From the NCBI GenBank assembly GCA_036785375.1, contig JAWMAR010000026.1:7874001-7938000 (forward strand): a DNA stretch of 64,000 bases, written 5' to 3'. A program made the translations under genes and the position numbers. Origin of the DNA: Leucoraja ocellata. Its lineage: Eukaryota. Shown piece by piece: positions 39,270 to 51,712 of the stretch (positions are counted from its first letter, which is position 1; each line of letters opens with the position of its first letter). The notes below the pieces were generated by a model. That model had not been told where the DNA came from, did not search any database, and saw only the letters and a program-made list of their open reading frames with translations.

Positions 39270-39558
39270 TTAAATAAGAGAAACGGGTCCTCCGGCCCAC
39301 CGAGCCCGCACCGACCAGCGACCACCACACCATAACACCACCCTACACATATTAGGGACAAGTTTACATTAATACCAAGCCAATTAACCTTATAAACCTG
39401 TACGTCTTTGGAGTGTGGGAGGAAACCGAAGATCTCGGAGGAAACTGACGCGGTTACGGGGAGAACGTATAAAGTCCGTATAGACAGCACCCGTATTCAG
39501 GATCGAACCCGGGATTCTGGCGTTGTAAGGCAGCAACTGTACCGCTACGCCACCTTGC
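39270..39558 (-). mobile_element. V-SINE (HE1-like)
   Basis: Reverse strand GGTGGCGTAGCGGTACAGTTGCTGCCTTAC...GGGTTCGATCC head plus core. Confidence 0.8.
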
Positions 39559-39764
39559 CACACTTGAATCTTATTGCACTGCTGCGCTTTAGATATACCG
39601 ATTAGACTTTGGAAATCCCGCATACATGCTGGGTCTGTTCTCATCAAATATGGTTCCAATCGATTAAAAAAGTCATTTTTATGGACGTCTTTTTGCATGA
39701 AAACCATGTTAATCCTTCAGCAACACCCAATGTGCTTCACATTTGAAATTCAATCGCCCCTCAC

Positions 39765-40060
39765 ATTATATGATAGGTTCTTGACTGGTTTCATTTAAAA
39801 CCGTTTAACCCGCAAGTTTGTGGAATGTGGAAGTGCATTGTACTGTCAGCACGCTCACATTCAGCTACAACGGTTGCGCCCCCTACCCGTAATGTTCTGC
39901 TATCTCTTCTCAGGAAGTTCTTATTTCCGTCTTTTTGCCAGTGCACCGTTACGTTGGGTTGATTAAGATCGAAGAGGAATGGAAATTGGGGTGTAACGTT
40001 CATTTTGTTGAGCTGCGTCTTCTGAGCAGCATCGGATGTCGCTTTCCCCCATAGGTCCAG
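39765..40060 (-). pseudogene. V pseudo-exon (D), paralogue of the gene C V domain; 5' boundary approximate
   Basis: FPFLFDLNQPNVTVHWQKDGNKNFLRRDSRTLRVGGA aligns with gene C FPFNVNLSNLEVFWWKDGNKGFLKEDSRKIFTIRAGGA. Both cysteines are lost, frameshifts and stops follow, and a GTGAGG donor remains at 39759-39764. Confidence 0.72.
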
Positions 40061-40251
40061 AGTAATGGGCAACATAAATTACATCATTAAACCAATCTTC
40101 TCGTGGTTTATCAACACGAGCAACAAAAAGTTTCGGATTCAAGTTGTTTTTGCTGACATTTAATGTAAGATTTTTTATCGGTTCTTGTATCTTTCTCATT
40201 TACAATTGTTATAAAAGCAAGACAAACAATGAGTTTTGTTTCACACAATTT

Positions 40252-40253
<2 letters not shown>

Positions 40254-40314
<61 letters not shown>
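40254..40314. repeat. (CAT)n microsatellite
   Basis: About 20 perfect units. Confidence 0.95.
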
Positions 40315-41039
40315 TTCTATCATACACTGACACACAAACCGTTTTTCATCTGTAGTTATTGTACAATAATCAAAAAAAAGCAGGATTTGGTTGGAATTTT
40401 CTTTGCCATTGTGAAAGGGGCTTTAGATTTCAAACTTGCTAACTTGGGTAATTTTGAATTAACTCAAATGTTTTTCCTGAAAAAGAAAATAATTAATGAC
40501 ATTAGTGATTCATTCAGTCCTGAAATCGAATTATTAACATCTTATATACATCGCAAAATACGAGGTTAGAGTACAGTAAATACCGGCGGAAGAACGAGCA
40601 CACTTTACTTACCTTTACTAACTCTACTAAAGTGAGTGACTACTAGTCTCTAGTCATAGGTAATAATTAAATAATGTAAGGAAACTTGTTTTAATGGATT
40701 AGGGCGGTCAAAAGGACGCAGCCCCCCCCCCCCGTGTTTAGTGCTGTTGAGGCGGAATTAATCATCACTGACGATTTCTTTTGCAGTAAATCATGAAAAT
40801 TCGTAATCTGTATTCATTTATAATATATTTCCCCATAAATGAATGACTACATTTACCTTTTGAATTCAGAAATTATCCAGACCTGTTCACTCAGTAGCAG
40901 GTGGAGAGAAATCAGCTGGTGATGGTGTTTGTTTACGTTTTGTTTGTGGTCGTTCTGCCGCCAGATGGCTGCACCGATGTGATTTCTCATTCTCTCGGGT
41001 GGAAATAAAGTGTGCGGCATGTTTAAAAAGTGTTTTTTT

Positions 41040-41170
41040 TTCCAATTTACGTAGTCTCTGAAATTTATGTGGAGGTCGGAATCGGGACTTTGTTACCGAC
41101 TCCGACTCCAGCCGCATCAAAATTGCTCCGACTCCGACTCGATGTCTCCCACTCCGACTCCACAGCCCTG
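41040..41170 (-). mobile_element. hAT-like DNA transposon end
   Basis: Terminus CAGGGCTGTGGAGTCGGAGT on - with reiterated (CCGACT) subterminal repeats. Confidence 0.55.
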
Positions 41171-42514
41171 AATTCAACAATGTATAATTATTTCAATAAG
41201 GCGAAGTAACATATTTATTATCCTCCTCGTTTCCCTGGTGGACCCTGTATTGATTCTCACCGTACTACTACTGACGATGTGCACCTTAGGCGCAAGATCT
41301 TATTTAGCAATGAAGATGTCTGTGTTTCTTCTCGATAATGAACTTAATCACGGACTCGGTGTTGAAGGTATTGGAGAATAAACAAAACAAATCGGGAGGT
41401 AAAGTGAAGGCGCATTCTTATGCAGCTCATCATCTAGTAAGGGCTAGGTTCAAATTTCGCTATGGAAATTATATTTTGTTTAAAATTAAGAATTTAGTCA
41501 TAATGATAATTAAATTGCGAGGTTGTTCTTGAAATCTCGTGTGGCTCAATTAAGCCCTTTATAGGATAACCTTGCCCCAATCGAGGCAACGTAATTCCAA
41601 CCCATTAATGTGGTTCGCTTTCAATGTCACCTAAAATATACTAGTAATTGGGGTGAGCTACTCTTGAACACAAAATGAAACTATGTTTTGTAAAAAAAAA
41701 AACTGTACCTGCATGCAAAATCCGCAGAGGAAACACGTCTAAAGTTGAAATGAGTTGAAAGAAATCGACAATGAATTTTCTGATCAGAAAGGAAAGAATG
41801 CGTCAATCATGTGGCTCTGCATCTGCTAGAATGATCTCCTTCATGTGCAATCACAGAACAATTACGCGCTTACTTGCAGGGACTTTGAAGAATGGAAACT
41901 AAATGCGTGGCTCAATCCAGAACAGGTCAGGCAATAATTAGACAGCACGATAGTAAAAGAATGTAGAGAGCGTAATCATTCACTCAATCAAATGTCCTTA
42001 TGTCTATACTCCGTCTGAAACGATTAAACTAACAGGTCTTCATTACCGGCTGTATATAATCAAATTACGAGACCTTGCATGAACGGAAGCGGACCTCCCG
42101 AGTACATTTTTCCTTATTTTACGAAGGCTTATATTTAAGATGTTAAAAGGGCCACATGCTCACAGATTAACGGCAAGATTATATTATAGTTAGTAAATGT
42201 AAAGCAAAAACGGCGTTGTTTATATTTATCTTCAAATTCATGTTCCAGGTTGACGAACGTCGTGTGGTTAATGCTATGAGGTATTTAGTTGAAAGATTCA
42301 CAACTAATTCGATTACGAGCTCATATTGGCTGCACGGCTATTCTTCAAATTGTAATGATGACTGGATGCAACAAAGTGAGTTTTAACTGTTCTCAACGTC
42401 GAACTGGGCGGTGGTGTTGTGCGAAGCGCACGCCAAGCCTGCGCTTGGTCTCACCGAGGTTGATCATACGCTGAATAATCCAACCACATTTTTGTTTGGA
42501 AGTGGAAAGAAATA

Positions 42515-43327
42515 ATAGAAACATAGAAACATAGAACATAGGTGCAAGAGTAGGTCATTCGGCCCTTCGAGCCTGCACCGCCATTCAATATGATCATGGT
42601 GGTCATCCAACTCAGTATCCTGTACCTGCCTTCTCTCCCTACCCTCTGATCCACAAGGGCCACATCTAACTCCCTCTTCAATATAGCAAATTAACTGGCC
42701 TCAACTACCTTCTGTGGCAGTTAATTCCACAGATTCACCACTCCCTGTGTGAAAAAGGTTTTTCCCATCTCGGTCCTAAAAGATTTCCCCCTTATCCTTA
42801 AACTGTGACCCATTGTTCTGGACTTCCCCAACATCGGGAACAATCTTCCTGCATCTAGCCTGTCCAACCCCTTAAGAATTTTGTGAGTTTCTATAAGATC
42901 CCCCCTCAATCTTCTAAATTCTAGCGAGTACAAGCCGAGTCTATCCAGTCTTTCCATGGTCACCAAACTCATGGATTTAGTACTCCCCAACATCGGGAAC
43001 AATCTTCCTGCAGCTAGCCTGTCCAACCCCTTAAGAATTTGTAAGCTTCTATAAGATCCCCCCTTCGTGTCATCCCCAAACTTGGAGATGTTGCACTCAA
43101 TTCCCTTGTCCAAATCATTAATATATGGGGTCCCAGCACTGAGCCTTGCGGTACCCCACTAGTCACTGCCTGCCATCGCAAACCGGATCCGTTTACTCCT
43201 ACTCTTTGCTTCATGTCTGCCAGCCAGTTCTCTATCCATAAATACTGAACCCCCAATACCGTGTGCTTTAAGTTTGTATACTAATCTCTTATGTGGGACC
43301 TTGGCGAAAGTCTTCTGAAAGTCCAGA
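42515..43327 (-). mobile_element. Rearranged CR1 (3' end, duplicated segment near 42985-43062, RT fragment)
   Basis: (CATAGAAA)n tail; the [15 protein letters not shown] segment occurs twice; internal deletions. Confidence 0.85.
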
Positions 43328-44529
43328 TTTTCCTTGCCCTCCTTTTCAGAATAATAGTGCTTTAAGCCGATAACCCGACACTGGCAATAAATAATTAAAT
43401 AATTAAATAACGCAGCTTTCCAGCCCCTTATCTCATTGGCTACGCTCGGCTGCAAATCGGTGTCGCTGTCAATCTGGTGGACCATCTTCCTCTAGTGGTG
43501 AGGGTGGGGGATTGGGAGGGGCCTCACAAGTGGAACAGCCTAGGACTTCTCTTCATCTAAATCCGGCCCTGACAGCAGCTGATGAATACGTGATAGACGG
43601 GAGCTGTCTTTGAACGTCTGAAATTAGTTCCGCCAGTCAGAGAAAGGCTCAATGTTAACTCATTCAGCGTATTTCTGATCAAATATTTGTGATTCAGAGA
43701 AGAAATAAAAAGTATGAAAACATCTTGTTTATCTAAATCTTCTGAACGTCACTGTTAAATTAGTTCAAATGAAATAGTGACAATCGCCTCCAGTCAATGG
43801 TATCACTGGCGGCAAGAGATACTCAAGAATGCTCTGTCCTCACTCTGTTGTCTGATGTTACGGATGTCACGTGGCAAACACGGAATATTGTGAGACGGGA
43901 GGATGAGAACTCATATCTCGTGATCCATATTAGCATCAATGCCATATGTAGAAAGGGACACGAGGGGCTGCAAAGAGAATTTAGGGAGTTCGGTATTCGG
44001 TGAAAGAAACAAGACCTCCTGTATTGCTATGTCAGGATTATAAAACTGTATCGAAAGGAATAGCAAAATAATCCAAGTGAATACGTGGCTAGGGCCCTGG
44101 TGTAGGTGGGAGGGCATAAAATATATGGGTCATTGGGTATTCTTACAGTACAAATGGGACCTATCTAAAACGGACGGGTTGCAATTGAACTGGGAGGTAG
44201 AGGCTGTGTCCTTGCAGTTACTTGGGAGGATTTATGCACGAGGGGTGGCGTGGAGTGAGCACGGGGGGGGGGGGGGGGGGCGGGGGGGGGCGGGGTGGGC
44301 GGTGTGTGGGAGCAGCAGGTCAGCCCATGGAACTACGTGAAAGAAGGGAGATAGGGGGTTATGATCCAGTTATGGCCCAGTGGCAAGATTGGGGTTATGA
44401 CCCATTAGTCTGAAATGGAGGTGAGACAGAAAAAGGTTAATAAAAAAATGTTAAGATGGATTTTCTGAAGTGTGTTTTGAGTGAGGCTAAATAACACGTT
44501 GAAACAGATCGGTTTAGATGTGTTTATTC

Positions 44530-45792
44530 CAAGGAGCATTTCAGGTAAAGCGGATGATCATCAAGGACCCACACCATCCTGGCCATGCACTCATCTCTCC
44601 GCTACCACCGGGCAGAAGGTACAGGAGCCTCAAATCTGTTACATCGAGGATCGGGAACAGCTACTTCCCCACAGACATCAGGCTATGAAACTAGCCAACA
44701 AACAGACTCTGAACTGTAACAGCCGATTGCACTTTATCTGCTTATTTAAGTGTATATTAGAAACATAGAAACATAGAAACATAGAAAATAGATGCAGGAG
44801 TAGGCCACTCGGCCCTTCGAGCCTGCACCGACATTCAATATGATCGTGGCTGATCATCCAACTCAGTATCCTGTACCTGCTTTCTCTCCATACCCCCTGA
44901 TCCCTTTAGCCACAAGGACCACATCTAACTCCTCCTTACATATAGCCAACGAACTGGCCTCAACTACATTCTGTGGCAGAGAATTCCAGAGATTTACCAC
45001 TCTGTGTAAAAAATGTTTTTCTCGTCTCAGTCCTAAAAGATTTCCCCTTTATCCTGAAACTGTGATCCCTTGTTCTGGACTTCCCCGACATCGGGTACAA
45101 TCTTCCTGCATCTAGCCTGTCCAACCCTTTAAGAATTTTGCAAGTTTCTATAAGATCCCCCCTCAATCTTCTAAATTCTCACGAGTACAAGCCGAGTCTA
45201 TCCAGTCTTTCTTCATATGAAAGTCTTGGCATCCCAGGAATCCGTCTGGTGAACCTTCCCTGTACTCCCTCTATGCCAAGAATGTCCTTCCTCAGATTAA
45301 GAGACCAAAATTGTACGCAATACTCCAAGTGTGGTCTCACCAAGACCCTGTCCAACTGCAGTAGAACCTCCCTGCTCCTATACTCAAATCCTTTTGCTAT
45401 GAATGCTTACATACCATTCGCTTTCTTCACTGCCTGCTGCACCTGCATGCCTACTTTCAATGACTGGTGTACCATGACACCCAGGTCTCGTTGCATCTCC
45501 CCTTTTCCTAATCGACCACCATTCAGGTAATAGTCTGCTTTCCTGTTTTCGCCACCAAAGTGAATAACCTCACATTTATCCACATTATACTGCATCTGCC
45601 ATGCATTTGCGCACTCACCCAGCCGATCAAAGGTATGTTGTAGCCTCTTAGCATCCTCCTCACAACTAACACAGCTATTGAACTGAACTGTACTGTATTT
45701 TTGCTTTCAATATTCTGTTGTGCTGCAGCAAGCAAGAATTGCATTGTCCTATCTGGGACACATGACAATGAACTCTCTTGACTTGACTTGAC
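44530..45792. mobile_element. CR1 (44758-45670, -) inserted into a Rex1/Babar-like 3' end (+)
   Basis: Flanks encode IIKDPHHPGHALISPLPPGRRYRSL and end in (CTTGA)n; the centre is reverse CR1 with an octamer tail. Confidence 0.8.
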
Positions 45793-47673
45793 GATCGTAG
45801 ACTGCTAACTCAACATTTATGAGTTTTGATGTTTCATACATTATAGGGATTGGGGTACAAGAGATACAGGAATTGCATTACAAATCAGGAAAATGTCAGC
45901 GGCACTCACATACTCTATTACTGAGGCAATAGGAGTCGAACAAAATATAAAGAGAGGTGTAACAACTCTAATGGGATTACACCATATTGCCTGTGAATGA
46001 GAGAGAAACAGATATGTGGGGAGATTAGAGAAAGATGTAAAAACATCAAGTTTCTGGGATCGGTGACAAAACCCCATTATTGACTGTGACTTCCTTCATG
46101 TGAAAAATCTAAAAAGAGCAAGCTTGGTTAGGTGTGTCCAAAGTAGTTTCTTGAAACAGTCTGTGGATATTGCAACTCGAAGCAGGACCATGTTACACCT
46201 TGCTTTGGGAAATGAGCTTGATGTTTTAGTAGAAGTGTATTTTGGGATCCCTGATCATAAGTCCATACGTTTTAAGATAGCTGCGAATAAGGATCTATCT
46301 AGATATTGGGGGAGATGGTGAGCAGATGTTGTTGGGTACATTTACATTGGACATGGTGGAGTCGATTAAAGGCCAACTGATCAGAAATTAGGACCAGTAT
46401 ACGCCAGTAAGGAGGAGGAATTACGTTATATAGGCGAGGAATGATTGGATGACCTGAGATATTGTAAATTAGAATTAGGTGACAATATGCTGGTGCACTT
46501 TGAGAACAAGAAAGAGGTGTTGGTTCAATTTAAAAGCCTTAAGGTGCATAAATTCCAAGGGTCCGGTGGAATCTGCCCCCTTTTATTGAGGGAGGCAAGG
46601 GAGGAGATGAGATGGCAACGCCTTTGATGAGGATTTTCGTATCCACTTAAGCCACAATCGAATTCCCAGATGACTGAAGAGTCCACCATTTCCAGAAATT
46701 CAGTAATTGAATGCTAATGGAGAAGATTTCAATTTGTGGGAGACATGGTGATTTGTTACTTTGGATTGATTAGCTACATTTAGTTTTACATACAGTTCCG
46801 GTTGCCCCATTACAGGAATGATGTGGATGCATTGGAGAGGATGCAGAGGAGGTTTACCAGAACGTTGCCTGGATTAGAGAGTTTCAGTTACAAGGAGAGG
46901 TTGGATAAACCTGGATTATTTTCTCTGGAACGTCAGAGGCTGAGTGGACAATAGATTAAAATATATATATATATGACGGGCATAGATAGGGTAGTCTGTC
47001 ACAAATGTTATCTTAGGATGCGGTATATCCAACTTTAGAGGGCATAGATATAAACTGAATGGGGGAAGTTTAATATTGATGTATGGGGCAAGCTCTTTAC
47101 ACAGAGATATGTTGGCAGAGGGGCTGCATTGCATCATGCCGATCACGGTGTCCCATCTGCATTAGTACCATCTATCGGCGTTTGTTCTCCAAAACCATCC
47201 ATGTCCTGTTCAAATAGCCTTTAAATGTTGTTGTAGTTTCAGCCTCAATAATCTCATCTGGCAGTTCATTTCATATCCCCACTATCATGTGAAAAATTGC
47301 TCCCCAGCTCCTGATATAGCTGTAACAACATTCCCAATTCTATACTCATTACCCTGACTGATGAAAGCCTGTGTGCCGAAAGCCTTCTTAACCACTTTGT
47401 CTACCTGTGACACCACTCTCAAGGAACCATGTACTGTACCAGCACACCTTGACCCTTCTGCTCTACAAACTCTCTGGCGCTTTACCGTTTACTATACAGG
47501 TCCTGCCCACATTTGACGTCCCAAAATACAAAACCTCACACTTATCTGCATTAAACCCATTAACCATTGATCAGCCTACTTGCCCAACTGAACAAGATCC
47601 TGCTGCAACCTTTGATAACTATTTTCGCTATCTACAATATTACCCAATTAAGTCGTCTGCAATCACACTAATC

Positions 47674-49715
47674 CGGCTTTCCATGGGAATAGTCAGAGGT
47701 AGGATACCAGGTGGTGTGGCTATTCTATGGAACAAGAAGCTTGACTCATCAGTAAATTGATTTGGCTTGATGTTGACTGGTGCATTGCCATGCACTTTAC
47801 TCACAACGACAAGGACTTTGTTATCCTGAACGTATATACACCCTATGAATACCATCAGAATGAGGATGAATATTTAAATAGACTTACTTTCATCTATATC
47901 ATTCAAAACAATAATTATTGTAGTGTATATGTCATTGGGGATATGAATGCAGATATCTCATGTAGGAACTCATTATTTGCCAATCATATGGCCCCGTTCT
48001 GTCAAGATAATAATTTAATATTGTCAAGCAAAATGCTTTTACCTACAGATAGCTACACTTATATTAGTGAGGCCTGGCACACCGCATCATGGCTGGACCA
48101 CTGTATTAGTACAGCTGATGCACATGCCTCATTGGGGTGTATGAGCATGCTGTACGGGGCAGCAATGACTGATCATATACCTGTTGTCATGTTAATGCCA
48201 ATAGCGAATAACCCTTTATTTAAACCATCTCTTATTGATAAGACATATAACCAATGGGAAAGTCTCGGAATTAGAAGGATCCGGGATATGTACGAAATGG
48301 GAAACCTACTATCATTCCAACAACTACAATTAAAATTTAAATTGAAAAACAACCAATATTTTAAATATCTTCAGATTTGCGACTTTGTGAAAAAAATATA
48401 TACAAGGATATTAAAAAGTAACTCCTGACTTATTGGAAGAAGCAATGAATATTGAAGCTGACTCACAAAAATTAATATCCTATTTATATAATAGTATTCT
48501 AAATATAGACCTACCATCGACAGAGGTACTTAGAGAAGAGTGGGAACGGGAATTAATGATAAAAATTACGAAGGTTAAATGGGAAAAATACCTGATATAT
48601 ATTCACAAATGTTCAATTAATGTAAGACATAATCTAATTCAATATAAAATTGTACATAGATTATATTATTCAAAAACAAGATTGAACAAATTTTATCCAA
48701 ATATATCCGCCACTTGTGACAAATGTCTAGCCCAAAAGGCAACTATAACACACTCCTTAGTTTCCTGCATAAAACTTTATAGATTTTGGAATGATATTTT
48801 TGAAATACTTACAAAATTATTCAAGACAAAAATGGAACCTAATACTGAAATGATTATATTTGGTGTAATGGAAGATGGGAATAAGTTGAACACATCTCAA
48901 AATCTATTCCTTAACTATGGTTTAATAATAGCAAAAAAATTAATACTTAAATTTTGGAAGGGTACATCAATACCAATGCTTAAAATGTGGATTGCAAGTA
49001 TGTTGGACACCGCTCATCTTGAGGAAATGCGATTCCTCCTAATGGATAAATCAGACCAATTCATAACGAGTTGGTCTCCATTCGTCGTTTTTTTGGAATC
49101 ATATGGTGCAACACAATTGTAAAAAATAACTGTTTCAGGACTGGACGAGGGTTGGTCAAGATTATAAATAATGATCTCCTTTTCTTTTCACTATTTTCTC
49201 TCTCAACTTTCTTCATTTACTCGTTTTCTTTCTTCACACACTATATATTTCACATCTTTCTATCCTTTACTATCTAACTTATTTTTCTTATTCTCATCTT
49301 TTTTCAATGTAACAAAAAAAAAGAAGTTGTACATAAAATGTATTATGAAAATATATATTAGGCACTCTGGTGCCATATGACTGTACTTACTTCTAATAAA
49401 ATAAAATATTAAAAAAAAAAAAAAGGTAAATGACTCCAAAAATGTGCTTATTGTGGCCTTGACAAACATAAGGGTTAGCACTACACGCTACGAATCCCAG
49501 CTGTGGAGACACTGGTATCATTGTCTCGTTGTAGGACATTAATCATATTTTAATCTGGATTTTTAACTTAATTATTGTGGTTTAAAAAATATATATAAAT
49601 TATGATGTTTTTATAAGCGATATACCATTATTTTACATGTATTTATGATATTTGATATGCAATGCATTTTTAATGTAATGTTTCCCCTTGTCTGGACCTT
49701 GAGTCCGTAATAAAG

Positions 49716-49790
<75 letters not shown>
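47674..49790 (+). mobile_element. RTE-X-like LINE remnant: endonuclease (47674-48190) and C-terminus/3' UTR with (ATT)n tail (49425-49790)
   Basis: GRIPGGVAILW...LNVYTPY...VIGDMNAD...SWLDHCI...TDHIPV APE domain; VNDSKNVLIVALTNIRVSTTRYESQLWRHWYHCL; AATAAAG followed by (ATT)n. Clade assignment is from memory. Confidence 0.6.
48192..49424 (+). mobile_element. L1-clade LINE 3' part with poly(A)
   Basis: PIANNPLFKPS...LLSFQQLQLKF...YLQI; LIQYKIVHRLYYS...CDKC...HSLVSC (CCHC); AATAAA plus A14. Confidence 0.85.
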
Positions 49791-49792
<2 letters not shown>

Positions 49793-49918
49793 GTTCTCAT
49801 CCAAATCGTTGATATACAGTAAGCCACAAATAGCAATAGGCTCAGCACCGATCCTGGAGGCACACCACTATTCAGAGCCATCCACTCCAAACCATCTGAA
49901 GAATGGTCTCGACCCAAA

Positions 49919-50236
49919 AGTCCAGTACAAGGGGTCACAGTTTAAGGATCGGGGGAAATCTTTTTGGACCGAGATGAGGAAAACATTTTTCACACAGAGA
50001 GTCGTGAATCTCTGGAATTCTCTGCCACAGAAGGTAGTTGAGGCCAGTTCGTTGGCTATATTTAAGAGGGAGTTAGATGTGGCCCGTGTGGCTAAAGGGA
50101 TCAGGGGGTATGGAGAGAAGGCAGGTATAGGATACTGAGTTGGATGATCAGCCATGAACATATTGAATGGCGGTGCAGGCTCGAAGGGCCGAATGGCCTA
50201 CACCTGCACCTATTTTCTATGTTTCTATGTTTCTAT
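49919..50236 (+). mobile_element. CR1 3' end inserted in a Penelope terminus (49895-50335)
   Basis: CTGAAGAATGGTCTCGACCCAAAA [CR1] AAAACGTCACCCTTCTCTCCAGAGATGCTG. Confidence 0.82.
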
Positions 50237-51074
50237 TTAAAACGTCACCCTTCTCTCCAGAGATGCTGTCTGTCCCGCTGAATTACTTCAGCATGTTGTG
50301 TCCATCTTTGCTTTAAACCAGCAGCTCCAGTTCCTACGTACACAAACTGCCACCCTGCAATCTTCCGGCACTTCACCCATATTTAATGATGACTCATATA
50401 TCTCAGCCAGTTCACCTGCAATTTGTTATCTAGCTTCCCGCTGTGCCCTCGGATAAATCTGATCAGGCCCGGAGGATTTCTCTACCTTTTACACGTTAGG
50501 ACGTTGAGCACCTCTATCGTAATACCGATTGCCCTCAAGAAACTTCCATTGATTGCCCCCAAGTTCCCAGAACTTCATGTTTTTCATGCAAGGAAAACAT
50601 AGGAACTATAGATCTGTGCCAGACATCTATGGCAGATATGTTGCTGGAGAGTATTCTGAGAGAAGATATATATGCAGCTTTATGAGCAATAGCTGATCAG
50701 CGAAATTGAACCTGGCGTATTTACGAAGGTGATATAGCCTCACATATGATCAACAGTTTTGAAGAAGCAACTTAGAAGGTTGAAGCCGGCAAGGCCAGAG
50801 ATAATGTTTATGTGGAAGGTTCTGCATGCCAAGTTACCCTGGAAAGCTAGATGGCGCGAGAGCTAGCGTAATTGGTATAACATCTGATTTATGGAAGGAA
50901 GTAGTTAAAATTAAAAAACAAAATTCAGATTGAAGGCTGTGACTCTTGCGGTGTTCATGGATCGGGACTGGGTCCATTACTGTTTGTGTTTTATATTAAC
51001 AATTTGGATGAGAAGAAACAAGGCATGATAATAATGTCTGCAGATGTCATTAATGGAGGTGGTATCGCAAACAG

Positions 51075-51320
51075 GGTCGGCACGACAGCGCAGTGGTAGA
51101 GTTGCTGCCTTACAGCGCCAAAGACTCGGGTTCGCTTCTGACTACGGCTGCTGTCTGTATGGAATTTGTACGTTCTACCTGTGACCACGTGAATTTTCTC
51201 CGAGATCTTTAGTTTCCTCCCACACTCCAAAGCAGTACAGGTTTGTAGGTTAATTGGCTTGGTCTAAATGTAAATGGTCCTCAGTGTGTGTACGACAGTG
51301 TTAATATATGGGGATTGTCA
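51075..51320 (+). mobile_element. V-SINE (HE1-like)
   Basis: GCGCAGTGGTAGAGTTGCTGCCTTACAGCGCC head and core. Confidence 0.78.
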
Positions 51321-51586
51321 TAAAGCGCTTAGATTTGACTGGCGAGACATTTCCTTTCGACACATTCCACGAATTCTATTGATGTATTTCTCGTTGCGTT
51401 ACTTTGATATTCTACTTTCCATTGGCCATATCATTTATAGCACCTGTAAGAGTTAATCGGGGTTGTGACATTCGCGAAGCTGCATCAAATCAAAACTTTC
51501 CGTGATACACAAAATGTGTCATATTCTCTAGATAATATCTGCAACGAATGTGTCCTCCGTGACATCGACTGTGCTTTCCAGCGCTA

Positions 51587-51608
51587 TGACGTAAAAGTGA
51601 AACGGAAC
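51587..51608 (+). promoter_or_regulatory. Candidate CRE / IRF-E / ETS cluster upstream of gene E
   Basis: TGACGTAA-AAGTGAAAC-GGAAC about 105-125 nt upstream of the leader ATG; motif resemblance only. Confidence 0.35.
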
Positions 51609-51712
51609 CATTCGGGCCACGCGGTGTTGCAGCAAGACGCTCGCCAACAAGCTCACTGCTTGACTCGCTGTCAGAGAGCAAACATCGTTGAATTTCACCC
51701 CCTTTCTTCAGA

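Noticed and set aside
40111-40569. Poly-Asp and poly-Ile ORFs
   Set aside because: Translations of the (CAT)n microsatellite.
40590-41930. Leader exon for pseudo-exon D
   Set aside because: Several donor-like sites (near 40610, 40855, 41872) but no convincing 55-nt ATG-initiated hydrophobic exon.
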